A stretch of 63,941 nt of DNA, filler included, from Diploschistes diacapsis (taxonomy: Eukaryota), in the NCBI GenBank assembly GCA_023645945.1. It is 4 parts of 4 records of this genome, joined end to end, with 100 filler letters (N's around TTAATTAATTAA, not from the genome) between each part and the next. Parts side by side here need not be neighbours in the genome. Positions count along the whole stretch, not along the records: positions 1 to 16,053 come from JALAIB010000524.1; positions 16,154 to 32,183 come from JALAIB010000525.1; 2 more parts are not named here. One strand, 5' to 3'. Below are positions 12,031 to 25,100 of the stretch, piece after piece (the stretch's first letter is position 1; each line of letters opens with the position of its first letter). Under the pieces are notes generated by a model. It did no database searches. It saw nothing but the letters and a program-made list of their open reading frames with translations, and was not told where the DNA came from. Position numbers and translations under genes: made by a program.

Positions 12031-13953
12031 ATGCATGGAACGAAGATGGTTTCCTCGAAGTTGTTCTGGAAAGTCTCTAGAGTTTTTTGCATTACTAACG
12101 TTTAACTAGACCGAAATATCGGAGCACGGCCGACAAGTTCATTGTCAAGCCGGTCACTGCATTCTACATATTCACCGCTGCAAATCTTTTAGCAGCTTTC
12201 TACGCACCCATCCAAGATTGCGATGAAGTATATAACTACTGGGAGCCAACGCACTATCTCAACCATGGTTACGGCTTGCAGACCTGGGAGTATTCACCAG
12301 ATTATGCCATCAGGAGCTGGCTCTACATCAGCCTCCATGCAGTTGTCGGAAAGGCAGGCTCTCTATTTCTCCCAAGCAAGACTGCCGAATTTTATTTCAT
12401 TCGAACAGTTCTGGCTATCATCTGTGCCTCCTGTGAAGCCGAGCTGTTTTCGACAATTTCAAAGGCTCTGAACCCCAGAGTTGGTATCATGTTCATGATG
12501 GTCATGCTTTCAAGCCCTGGCAGTTTCCAGGCAGCTACTGCTTACTTGCCTTCGAGCTTCGCTATGTATTGTAGTATGCTGGGCATGTCATCTTTTTTAG
12601 ATTGGCGTGGAGGGTCTAAAACGAGTTCTGGGGTCATGTGGTTTGGTATAGGAGGATTGGTCGGATGGCCATTCGCTGCTGCGCTCGTCCTGCCGTTTCT
12701 GCTTCTGGAAGTGATAATGGCTTATATCACACAAGAAGGCATCGAATTTGTGCGGCTTGTTCTTGGTGGGGTTATAAGATGCACTGGTATTATGGTAAGG
12801 ACCAGATCTCTGGTATCGGTAAGGCGACAGCTGATGAAGCAGCTTCTTCAATTAGCCGTCGAAACGTTTTTCTACCACAAACCGGTCATTGTTCCATGGA
12901 ATCTCGTACGATATAATGTCTTCAGTGGCTCGGATAGGGGACCTGATATCTTTGGCGTCGAGTCTTTCGACTTCTATTTCCGCAACCTACTCTTGAACTT
13001 CAATATGTGGATGATCCTTGCAGTCCTTGCTGCGCCTTTGATAGCCCTACAGTTCTTGATAAGTTCTCAAGCTACTTCGAGATTCACTTTGATGCGCAGC
13101 TTCTTCTATACCTTCCCATTCTACATGTGGCTGTTTGTTTTCACCATGCAACCGCACAAGGAAGAAAGATTTATGTATCCAATATACCCATTTCTGGCTC
13201 TCAACGCTGCAATCTCGCTGCATACGCTACTGGGATGGGTTGGAAACTCTAGCCCCACCAGCCTGGCTGGCAAAGTCCCTGCAACGATCAAATTGTTGTT
13301 AGTTACCACTAGTGTTATATTAGCCATTGATGCCGGCCTCCTGCGTACCATTGGAACTATAACTGCCTACCACGCTCCGCTTCAGGTCTATCAAGCCTTG
13401 CAGGATCCTAAACTCATGAAGCCCAGCGATACAATTTGCATTGGAAAGGAGTGGCACCGATACCCATCATCCTATTTCCTCCCTCATGGTGCTCGTGCCA
13501 AATTCGTGAAAAGCGAATTCAATGGCCTGTTGCCTGGTGAGTTCACGGAAGCGAAAATTGGATTCGGCTTTTTTCCAGGGACATGGCTTATTCCTTCTGG
13601 TATGAATGATCGCAACATTCCTGATCCTAGCAAATACGTATGTTTTGATCCCAGCGACCTATTCTGGTGCTGGATGACGTTTCACTGACATAGACTAGAC
13701 TGATGTTAAGCACTGTTCTTATCTAGTGGATTTCGCGGCTCCTGGATCCAATGGAACTTATCGTGAACCAAATTATATTGCAGATGAGTCAACCTGGGAG
13801 AAAGTCAAGTGTGTAGCGTTTCTAGACGCTAGCAAGACAGGATTAATTGGCCGACTCCTGTGGCTGCCAGAATTGCCAATAATTCCGGAGAAATATCGCC
13901 GAAAATGGGGAGAATATTGCTTGCTGCATCGACGAAGCATGGATGGTGGCTAG
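12031..13953 (+). CDS. ALG9: Dol-P-Man-dependent alpha-1,2-mannosyltransferase (GT22)
   Basis: PIQDCDEVYNYWEPTHYL, QTWEYSPDYAIRSW, QPHKEERFMYPIYP, CIGKEWHRYPSSYFLP, FNGLLPGEF. Introns ~12060-12109, ~12794-12842, ~13637-13698. Start codon uncertain (12031 or 12046). Confidence 0.93.
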
Positions 13954-14247
13954 GTCCAATCAATCATGGAAAGAAGGCAGGTTCCTATTTTTTACTAAGA
14001 TCAACATCTGCAACAGTTATGCGCTATAAGCAACGTCGCTTTACGCCCAATCTGCAGAGGGGCTTGGGCTAGGCCAAACTTGGTTATGTGATCCCCAGAG
14101 GGCCTTATCCCTTATTGATATACACCTTAAGCACGAACCCCACTTAGAGATCGGTACAATTGGAGGGGCTTTGGGATAAATTTTGAATTTCTTCGTAGGA
14201 CTTGACCGGTTTGCAGATAGGATTGAACGGTCGTATAAATTCACAAG

Positions 14248-15598
14248 ATGGCCTGGGTAAATCACTGGAGGTTTGCTACACTCAGTCTTCAATATTATAC
14301 GGAAAGAGTCCGGCAATTTACAGCGCAGCGACCATCAGCGATACTATATTTTCTTTTGAGTTGCCTACTTATCTTATGGATCTGGCATACTGCACCTCGA
14401 CACTTCCTAGTCCCCTCATCAAGTCGGCCGAGATCACCAGATCCAGAAAAGCGGACAGATGGTTGTAGCAAGTTCAAAGCGTCGGAAAGGGTGCCGGGTA
14501 CATGGGAACCCGTCAACTTCAAGCGCCCGGAAGCACTTCCATATCCGGATTGGGACGTACAGAAAACCACGCCGCTGCCGTATAGGCCATTTCGAAATGG
14601 CCCATATCACATCACAATGGGCTTGCGCGCCATGAAGTGGAATGAGTGGATTGAATTGGACAACCAATTCTTGAAGTTTCACGCGGACAAGATTCGAAGG
14701 ATCGAGGAGCGAGGGCCAAAGTGTTCCAAGACAACACCAGAAGCCTATGACGGAGCATGCGAACTACTTGAAGAGTTGTGAGTCTCAGACCTGCTTCGGA
14801 CTAGGTATGAACCGAACTGAGCGTACCGATAGCTGCGACTATCTGCCTCAACGTTACCCATCATTGTACCGCAAAACTGCCGTTGGCATGGAAAATCTAG
14901 TGACCAGGGAGTCCTTCAACATAGTCGAGCGACCGTTGGCCGAAGACCCAATGCAGATGGCTGCTAAGATGGTCCAAGACGATTTGGCAATCATGTTCGA
15001 GAAATCCGACGGCCAGTACTATCTATTGGCTGGATCCATTCTCTTACCAGGCTTCTGGCGTTTAGAGGACAAATTTGGAATGCCCTTATCAGAGATACAT
15101 AGTTCTGGCGATGTCCCGGGCTTCAAGACGAAGCTAGAGAAGGGGATGACGAGTTTCTTCCGAAGGGTACAGCCCAACGCGCCCGTTCTTAGAAGTAATT
15201 ATTTCATGCAGGTCGATGATGGGCTCGCCTGGAGTCACAGCATTGGATCAGAAGATAGTGACGGCATAGGATGGTACTCGGCCGTGAAAAATAAAGCCAT
15301 TGAGCATCACTGGTTTCGAAGCGAGCGACAAAGCTTGCGAAGACTTCCACGGAGTGGAGGTGTTGTCTTCACTATCAGGACCTATTTTCATCGTGTAACT
15401 GAGATTGCTGAGGAACCTGGGGTGCCCGGTAGATTGGCAAGCGCAGTGAGAAGCTGGGGCGATGATGTCGCCAAGTACAAGGGCCGCGAGAGGTATCAGG
15501 ATGTGTTACTGGCGTATCTAGACATGAAGCATCAAGAGCAGGTGGAGAATGGTACAGTGGTGGAAGGCGAAGAGCGAGAAGGCATGTACCCATTTTAA
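14248..15598 (+). CDS. DUF3445 / heme-dependent oxidative N-demethylase alpha-subunit-like protein with N-terminal hydrophobic segment
   Basis: PLPYRPF...ITMGLR..WIELDN, VQDDLAIM, PGFWRLEDKFGMPLSEIH..VP, FRSERQSLRRLPRSGGVVFTIRTY. Intron ~14778-14832. Confidence 0.85.
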
Positions 15599-16053
15599 AT
15601 TGGCGGGTGCATAGTGATCCTGGTTGCTAGTCAAAGTTCACCCATGTCACTTGCTCTGTGCCTTTTTATGTTCTTCTTCGAAATACGGGTGTTTCAAAAC
15701 CTGACCCAAGTCAGCGCTGATTCAAGAATATTTCCTTTTGATTGATTACCTCCGCGGCGCACATTCTCCCCCCACTCTCATACATCACCAGCTTGCTCAC
15801 CAAATCCCTCGCGAGGTCACCCGCACGCGGCAGGATCTCTCTCCAGTCCTTAGCCGGATACTCGGTAAATCTCAGCCGGCCCCAATCTGGAAACTTGCTC
15901 GATTCCTAAGACCATGTTAGCTCATCCCCCCCCCTTTTTATCACATCCAAGAAATAAAGCCGCGACGTACCGGCCACGTCCTCTCATCCGGCGTGCCCAG
16001 CGTTCGAAACACACTTTGAATAAGCGCCAACTCGCTCCCCAAATCCCCTGCAT

Positions 16054-16153
16054 NNNNNNNNNNNNNNNNNNNNNNNNNNNNNNNNNNNNNNNNNNNNTTA
16101 ATTAATTAANNNNNNNNNNNNNNNNNNNNNNNNNNNNNNNNNNNNNNNNNNNN
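16054..16153. other. Artificial contig-joining spacer (N44-TTAATTAATTAA-N44)
   Basis: TTAATTAATTAA at 16098-16109 gives stops in all six frames; identical spacer occurs three times. Confidence 0.98.
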
Positions 16154-16219
16154 CCCTCCCACCGCGCCCTCTCTCGCTCCCCCGACCGCGGCGGCCCTCC
16201 GTCGCAGCCAACACGCAAC

Positions 16220-16897
16220 ATGACCGACCCTCTCTCCTCCTCCACCTATTCCGACTCTCTCCCAAACCCAGACCGCTTCGCCACAAACAGCTACAGCAAC
16301 AGCAACAGCGGTTTCGGCAGTGATGACCTGGAGCAGCAGCAACAGCAGCAACAAAGTCGAGACCCGCTGAACGGCCGCTCGGCCGTCAACCTCTTCGAGA
16401 CGAGCCTGCCGATGCGCCTCGACTACGAGGCCGTCGCGGCGTACGTGCTGCTGCCGCCGGCGGGCGCGGTGCTATTGTTGCTGGTGGAGCATAAGAGCGA
16501 CTACGTACGGTACGTGCTCTGAGAACCGGTTGTCACTTCCAATGCTACCGTCGCCGCTATGCTGCGTGGGTGGCTGCGGCGAGCTGTAAAGGAAGAGTAG
16601 AAATGGGAACTGACGTGCTGGCAGGTTTCATGCGTGGCAGTCGAGTTTGATCTTCAGCTTGATGTTCGTCGTGCATCTTGTCTTCAGCTTCAGCCGGGTC
16701 GTGTCGTGGATGCTGTTCGCGGTGGACGTTGTTCTGGTTGCGTTTCTGTCGATGAGGGCGTATCGGGACGGTATGTTGTGTGTCGAGGTACTAGTAAAAT
16801 AGTCTTAGCTGATTTGGCTTTTGCAGCGGATGCGCTGGAAAGGTACGAGATGCCGTATTTTGGACCGCTGGCTAGTTCGTGGGTGGATGCGGAATAG
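16220..16897 (+). CDS. UPF0132-type small membrane protein
   Basis: FETSLPMRLDYEAVAAYVLLPPAGAVLLLLVEHKSDYVR / FHAWQSSLIF... / DADALERYEMPYFGPLASSWVDAE. Introns ~16510-16625 and ~16770-16826. The N-terminus may be cut by the contig start. Confidence 0.75.
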
Positions 16898-17138
16898 AAG
16901 TGTTGAGTGCATGTTTGCATGTCGCGCTCTCGCGCCTTTCCTTTTGGTGATACCCCGCGTGACATCCATCACGGCAGGTTTTCGAATCGCGATATGGAGT
17001 TTCGTTGAAAGACATTGCTGGATACTTTGGGGATATGCATCCGAGGCTCAAGGACAAGTGTACAAGAATTCAGTTAATCCGCTCATCAAGCGCGCTTAAG
17101 GACTAATGGTATGAGGGAAAAAAGCTTTACGAGCTTCA

Positions 17139-18485
17139 CTATGTTCCCCAGGAAGACTTGCGTCTCCTCGGTACGCCTCGTCTATCTTCTTCGATTCCAG
17201 TTCCAATACCCGAGTCTCTCCACGTGCTGCTACCAGCGTAACCCTCATCTTCATCGTCCGCTTCGGCCGCCAGTGGCTGGATCCCCGTTGTTTCTTCCAG
17301 ATACCCCTCGCTTTCGTTCTTGATTGTCCGAGTTTCGGCGGGCCCGGATAATTCAAGGCGGTTCTGGCGGCCTCTGTTTGGGAAAGCTCTTGCGGTATCT
17401 GACAAATCGGAAATGGAGAAAGGATTGAAGGTTTTAGTGTCAGGCTCCTGAGGCTCAGACTTGATTTTCCGCTGGGACTCGGGCTCGTCCTTGGGGCTAG
17501 GCGAAAGCCAAAAGGTGAAGATGAGGTATATGACGGCTGACGAAATGAGCGAGACGCCGAAGAATGCCGATGTGAAAATAGCAAAAGAAGTGAGCTTGTA
17601 ATTATAGAGAATCCATCTGAACAAGGGATAAGCAATCCCTCTTGATACGGAGCAGCACAACCAACCTCAGCCCCTGGAATCTTGCCCTTATCTTCACAAA
17701 GACTTCGTAAAATTGCATCTTCTCATCGGCCTCGATGACCACCCGTGCCCGATCTGGTATGTTCCTCCAACCCTTGGCGAACTGTACGCCTTCAAACATA
17801 CTGACTTCAAGCGCCTCGCTCTCTTTCTTCCACCCTATGATATACCAAGGCATGTAACTCAAAGTCTGCGCGCTCTCAACGAGAGGAGACGCATATGTCA
17901 AAATCGCAGGTCGGCGAGACTGACTTAGCACTGACATGGAAGAATTGGCCGGTCCAAAAGACGAAGGGAGAATATGGGCGGTTGACACAGAGGGCGATTG
18001 GGGTGCAAGAAGCGCGAGATCGATCATGAAGTTGCCGGCCGCTAAATTGGCAGGCGTACGAGGGAGATGAAGAAGGAGAGAGATATCGTATGGCTGCGAA
18101 GAAGCCAGGCTTGAGGAAAGTTGCGCAGAGCCATGAGGGGGTACTTCATTCCTAGGTTTTCTGCTTTAGCCCTCCGCAACCGAGTTGCCGGTTGCCGCAA
18201 AGTCCTACCCGAATTGAAGGTGTATTGTTCGCTCAAGCCCGATCTTGGGAATGTAAAGATTGTAGAAGACAATGAATGCGAGGCTCGATGCACCCAGTAG
18301 GAACAATGTCGAAAGAGTGAAAAGGGCGGTCCCTAGATAGGCGCGCTGCGCGGTCTTCGAGGTCGCGGCGCGGAAGGGGACCAAGAGTGAGTCCTATGGA
18401 GTTGAGTAAAGCTTCTGAAACAGCTAGGCTCAAAACATACCGCCGCATCGGTTAGTATTGAACGCCAGGCACCCATAGCAATCAT
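17139..18485 (-). CDS. SEI1: Seipin (lipid-droplet biogenesis, BSCL2/Sei1 family)
   Basis: Spliced translation: MIAMGAWRSILTDAA / ...AQRAYLGTALF...FYNLYIPKIGLERTIHLQFG / ...QPYDISLLLHLPRTPANLAAGNFMIDL...SRRPAILTYASPLV...ARFQGLR / WILYNYKLTSF (second TM), then acidic tail. Confidence 0.88.
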
Positions 18486-19117
18486 GCCTAGGAAGCCATT
18501 GTAAGGAGTTTGTAAGGTTAGTAGGAGTCGACCACTCGTGGTGCTAAAAGAATAGCAGCTGGTGGCAGTGGTACGTCATTGGGGCTATTAGAGCTACAGA
18601 ACAAAGTCCGCTAAGTCTCTTTGCGTAGATTTATAAAAGAGAATCTTCTTCGCTTTAACGAGGCGCAGCCTGCGCATAGTACGCCACCACTGGGACGCCA
18701 CAGACATGTATATGTGCAAAGTATACGGCTCAGCAGGAAAGGTGAGATTCCTACCATCACCTATACGCATTACGGATCACAGAACAGAGAAGTGGACAGT
18801 CAATGCAGACAACAAGCTGGATGCTTTCTTCCATTATACACAAGAGGAGTTTTTCCTTCCAGGCACGCCGTACCCTCAAGGGATTGCCCTGCGTACCAAG
18901 AGTATGTTGGCTTCTCCTACGAACGCCGGATATCAGAATTGAAATCGTACCCATGTCCCAACCATAAACCGCCCTTCGTAGCATCTAGAAAGTACAAGGC
19001 GCAAGCCCACTTGCCGCTTATGCTGTGATGCCAGGGAATGGAAAGTCGCATTAACATCTAACATTAGTAAGATATGCGTAAAATTCACATCCGAGCCGAG
19101 TCGACGCCATGCAAATG

Positions 19118-22100
19118 CTAAACCCGGAGATGATAATGATTTACATGCCCTTCGCCTCTAGTCTCTATTCGGTTGACGTGGGAGAACAAAACTTCGAAAA
19201 GCTTCTGAATCTGTTAGAGCAGCGCACAGGTTAGTGCCACTCCAACTGATGATTGTTGAATTGGGCAGGGGCAAGACGGGCAAGAACAGTGCTCACTTCG
19301 GGGGTAGTCTTGACGAATGGCTGTTCCCAGAACATGTAATCGGCGGTATTCTTCATGAGCTCCAAAAGTACGATAATGAGCCCCCACGGGTGTGGTCGGT
19401 GAACAATCAGCCTCTCCAGTAGGACCCGAGTAATTTGCTGCCGGATCTCTAGCTCTTGGGGGCTTGTTAGGTTCGACTTGAACAGATCAAGTAAGATCCG
19501 GCTAAAGAACCATGTTTGATAGTTAGGATAACGAAGCTGGTTGACCATAGCTCCTAGGAGATGGTAACGAGACACCACAGGCAGGATCTTTGCTAACTTG
19601 CGTAGAAGAACAGCATCGGGACCATTAGTTTCAAACGAGGAGGCCACGCCAAGCGACGTGCTAACGCTCGATGCGGCCGTCTGACCTATGTATAGAATTA
19701 TAGCGTGAAGCAGCGTGGGATCTATAGCCTCATATGAAGACGCTGACTTGGATTGCAAAATATCGACAATGTTTTGGATGCTCTCGTCTGTGACATTCCT
19801 GCCTTGAAGCGTGTTGTCTAGAACATCTTTCAAATTAGCTTTGCGAAGCTGTTCTGGGATATCTGCGTCAACGTTGGGCGATCTTTTAATATCCTCCAGC
19901 CGGTCGACCTTAAGGCCGTCGGTGAAGGGATCAGGGAGCTCCAGGATTGAGGATGGAAAAGCACTAAGAACGAGGTTGCGAAGTTGTGTGCAATGCGGAG
20001 GTATTATGTTGCAGAGGCGATAGTGATTGTCCGCAAGGAATTCTGGAAAGTCATGGTGGAGTATCAACAATATGCGAAGAACGCCACGATAGAGTTCCTT
20101 AGAAACTCTGCCCAATAGTGTTGGCTTTAGAAGTTGACTGACAAAGCCCAGCATAGATTCCATAAGTTTGGCATACACGTCGGATCCCTAGGAGAGATTA
20201 GCTACGACGCTCTTAAACCTGGCTTTGAACATTACCTCCGTTCCTGCAGTTTTCAGGATAGCTGGCAAGAAGGCTTGATGAGCAAGAAGCGTCAGCCAGC
20301 TAAAAGTGAATGCAGGGAAGGTCGCAGGCTCGAGAAGCAACAACGTTTCGCCAAACGCTAGGACAATCTCCTGATCATGCATCAAATTACCTCTAATGCT
20401 TTCATGCCAGCCAAATAAAACCATAGAGAAAAAGCGGAAGAATGGCCGCTGGTTGAATCGGTCCCCGCGCTTCACTTGATCAGAAGTCAAGAGCAGCACG
20501 ACCACATACAGCAATGACTTCATGTATGAAGCCTTGCTCTTGTTGGGAACCGACGACAAATCATCTCTAGTCTTCACAGTAAGCACTGTCAGTTTGGCCA
20601 TTGCGTCGACCTCTAGGAACGCCTTCGAGTCCGTGCTGTTTATAGGGTCACTATCGCTAAAAGCTTCGAGGGCTGCTTCCAGCCCATACTTATAGAACCT
20701 AAGAAATCCTTCGCTGGATGCAGATAGATCTGGCTGCTTCCACATCTGGCTGATGAAAGCAACCAGGGTAGGCTCCGTGCCTTCTGCATGGACGTAGCTT
20801 GATATCCATTCTTCATAGATATACTCTAATTGGTAATTCTTCATCTGCGATGGGTCGGCAGTCGATATTGCAGACTGCTCCGTGATATCGTTGCTCTTCA
20901 GTTTGGCCATTAGAGCTTGCAGGGCTTCTGTATCATCGCCACTAGTAATCCAATCGCCGAGGGCACCCAAGCTTCGTCCAAAATCAGTGCGCAGTGCCGT
21001 GGGGATGGTATCGAAGACGAGGAAATCCATAAGTCCAGAAAGACACTGAAGCGCATTGACGTTATGCTGATACAAAGCGGAGGCCAAAATATTGTCGACA
21101 TTCGTGTAATCCAATATTTGCCCTTGAAGGAGAGCTGCAGTAGCAGGCACGTTTAGAATACGATCCTCGGCCTGATTTCGCAGCATAAACATCAGTTTGC
21201 CGCTGTAGTTTTCACAGTAGGTACATGATAATCTCACGACTTGTACAAGGACTTCGGCTTCTAGTAACGTGATGCCACCATCAGAGTAAAGCGCCTGGCA
21301 CGCAGCATTGGCGGTTTGGTAAGCGACATGCTCTGCCTCTTGGGGTGCCGAGCGAATCAGGCTGAGCATTCGAGAGACTCCTTCGGGGATCGACCCTTGC
21401 CTGGCAAAGTCTCGAAGGCGCTTGTCGCTTGTTTCTCGCGCTTCGCGGATGATATCTGCCAAGATTTCCTGGACGTGATCCCATAGGGTAGGTCCATCCA
21501 TGTACCCGTTAACTTGTGATGGAGGCCGAGTGCTGGCGATAGATGGCGGCAGAAGGCGACCTTGAGACTGTCCTTGCTGCGACTGGTGCGGAATCGCAGG
21601 CGGCTCTGCTGGAGTTGGTAGGTTGGGGACTGGAGGAAAGCCAGCGTCTTGTAGTACATCTGGTATCTGCTTTTCGCTATCTGTGGATGCACTTTGCAGA
21701 TGGGTCATTGGACCGCGGGCTTGAGAAGAAAAGTGTTGGTAGATCTCCATTTGCTGAGGATTCAAGCCTCCAGACACTTGCTTGTACGGTTCCGGGACGT
21801 GCGTTGCCCAGTGGCTAGAGTTCGCGTCTCTATATGGCTCATTCGGATAATCAAGCTTGTGCTGCCGTCGCTTAGCAACTTCTGCATCTATTGCTGGCTC
21901 AATCTCCATCATCGCACGATCTTCCGCCTGCTTTTCCACGATCTTACAGGCCATTTCCAGGTTGTCATTAACGCACATTAGAATGGAGCCCTCTGCAAGA
22001 GGTTGTTCAGGTATGTCGGATGCAGCGTTCCTGATATATGTGGTCATGCTCATACGCAGGGGCTCTTTGCAAGTCACTGAAGCTAGGCTGCCTGCTAGAG

Positions 22101-25100
22101 ATTTGACCATCTGCTCGCAAGCTTCACGCACTCTGTTCTCATCTGGTTCCTGGGCGAAGTCTTTTTGGATGAGATCTTTAGTAGAGATCGTAGCGATGGT
22201 GATGGACCGCTCGACTACGGGACCAATGATGTCTTCAATTGACTTTCTTACGGAGTGTTGTACAACACGCCGTAGGTGGGCCTGGCTCATAGGACTGCTT
22301 GAATGTGGAGGAAGAACCAGCAGATTCTCCAGATCCGGCAAAGCTGGGGGAGTGAACCTTGGGTTTCGAAGACCTTTGGTGAGGCTGTTGATTCCCATGT
22401 CATCAAATGCTTCAATTCCATCGTGTAGTATAGACTCTGCAACTTGGGTATCAAAATACTGTTGGCGCTTCTTCAGGTCTACGCCGCGCTCCATGCCCTC
22501 TCCTTTCCTAGGAAGACCAAATGCACCCAGAAGTATCTCAATCGCGAATTTCTGTTGAATCTTGAGGTCCGAAAGGTCGTAGAGCTCCAGCAGGAGCCCA
22601 ATAATCTCCATGATCCATGGATTAGGCGGCTTGAAAACAACAGATTTAGCGCCTTGGGCCAGGACTTCGCAGGTAAAGGGAATGACGAGAAGCAGTCTTT
22701 GGGACTCCCAGCCCTCTAACAAGAGCTCTTTAAAGGCAATGTTTTTGTGTTTTATTGGCTTGTCGCGTGCAATTGTGAGCGAGCCAAGCCATGTACCCAA
22801 ATTCTTGAGGTAAGTACGCTCAGCAGGGGATTTCATGGTTGACTCTGCGTTCATAATCTTCCGCAAACTCACATACGTCTCTCGAAGGACGTCAGCCCAC
22901 AAGCCTCTATCATCAAGGAGACCAAGCAAATCCAAGTAAAGCTGTTGGTAATTCGGTTGTGACTTCGCCCTTTGCTCCACGATGTACGAGGAGAACCAGT
23001 GAAAGTGTTTCGGCTCCAGCACATCCACCAAATCATTTATCTTGGTAGCCAGGTTCTCCGCCGAGACATTGTTTAGAACAAAAAGCACCTTATCTTGAAC
23101 CTCCTCCTCAGGATCTTCGAATCCTTCCGGACGTACAATCGCATCCACATTGATGGACCTGAATTGAGCGACAAGCGAGTCGTTCTCGATGAAGTCTTCT
23201 GTGCCCCCATTTGGCAGTTTCTGGGCGTCAATTACGCCATCCATGCCATCAGTTTCCAAGTCGCCGTTCGCATGCTTATCTCGAGTGACTTCTTGCGCAC
23301 GAGCGTGAGCTTCGGTTCCCTGCAAGCCAGGAACTTGCAGCAAGCGTTGACAAAACTCGGGCCACTCGGAAAGCCGACCTAGAAAGTGCAGTAATGCTTG
23401 AAGCCCGAACTTGTACATTGGTAGATCTGGCGTGTAGTCTCGTACTGACTCAAGTACCATTTCCCGAGCAACATTGAGCGCAATGTTGTTGACCAGGCGA
23501 TAGTTGATAATGCCCCCAAATAGCACTGCCGTGGTTGCCAAGGGGCCTAGAGGGTATTCATTGAAGCAAACGAATTCATCAAAAAGACCGTGAATCATGC
23601 AGGCGAACAAGTCTTGCTTTTCAGCGTCATTTGAAGTCTTACAGTCCCTCAAGCCTTCAATCACCTGACGCACTTCCAGCTCACCACTGTACATTCGCTT
23701 ATAGTGGTCCTGCATAGCAACGTCAGAACCAGCAGGGAGGGTATTAGATTCGGCGCCGTTTGCTTCAATGACTTCGTCATAGCCTTCTCCATAGTTGCAA
23801 AGACGCGGAAATGCCTGCATGCACTGACGCTCTATCTGGTTCAGATCGTCTCGCCGCTCTTTCATGTGCTCTTTCAGAATCTCAAGTATGGCATGAACAG
23901 TCTTCATTGCGAGGCTAACGGTTCGAGGGGAGGATTGTTCCATGCGACTTGTCCGCAGTTCATCCTGTGCCTTAATCACCAGAAACTTACACAGCGAATT
24001 GGCGAACTCAACTGGACCTCGCTTGAATTTTTCCTCAGCCCAGTCATGAAGATTGAGCAAATCTCTACGGTGCGCGAGCGCTGCTAGATCGAATCCGAAC
24101 CCGGTTACCGTTGTACACAGTTCGTCAAGCCAACCGTGCTCCTGTACATGCTCTAGAAGCAAAGGAAGTTGAAGTGGATCTTCTGAATGGGTCTGCATAA
24201 GGAGCGAATGGATTAGGTGCTTGTCCTGCTTCCACAATATGTGGAGAATGAACTTATAGTTGTCCTGAGCCTTGGAAAGGCATTCTTTAAGAGTCCTACT
24301 CAGAAATTGCGCGTGAGTAGGAGCCCATGGTTTCGGTATTCCAGAAGCAGAGCACACGAATAACGTCATCTTCTCGCCGATTGCGTTCTTTGCTGTCATC
24401 ATATCATGCGGCGGCAACAACTGGGAGCCTTGGGGATTGTTCCAGACAGCTTCGATTATAGCAGTCACAGCCTCCAACGAAATCATGGGATCCTGACCCG
24501 CCGGCTCGGCCAAGGCTCTAATCTCTTCAGGCCCATCAAGGGCATCCTTTGGATCGAAAGCTAGTCGTAATCGGGGGACAGTTGTAGCATCAAGTTGGGT
24601 TGGTTTCAGCGATGCGAAACTAATAGCAAATGAGAGTTGTGAAGCGATGTTTTGTCTTTTGGCACTCCATAAAAGTTGAATATCAAATCCAGTGTCATCT
24701 CGCGCCACTGGAAGCAAGGCCGCATATATTCTTAGGAACTGAGCTTGATCGACAACGAAGATGTCTCGATCGAAGTGCTTGACCACGTTCTGCCAATTGA
24801 CTACACTCGGATAGCTTTCACGTACCGCGGCAATGAACGTGCTCAATTGGTATTGCTCGGCGTCAGGCATTAGCACCATAAACATGATGGCTGTTGATAT
24901 TTGCTCATCGGTCACTTTATTCCTTGCAGAGCGTCGTAAGAAATCTTTGACAGCATTTATACTGTTCGTCACCAGAGGCCCCTGCCTCATCAGCTCGTTT
25001 GCCAAGTCACTTTGGGACCCTATCGTGTCAGCTATCGCCATGGCTGAGCGAATAACGTGTGGCAGGGGTTGACTTTGCTTTGAATAGCGGGATGTGAGTG

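Noticed and set aside
16098..16109. TTAATTAATTAA palindrome repeated three times at ~16-kb spacing
   Set aside because: Flanked by fixed N runs; an artificial linker, not a biological repeat.
21857..22558. Long antisense ORFs inside NOT1 (and likewise 9526-10272, 49310-49894, 53837-55212, 62904-63519)
   Set aside because: Shadow or alternate-frame ORFs overlapping well-supported genes, with no recognisable motifs.
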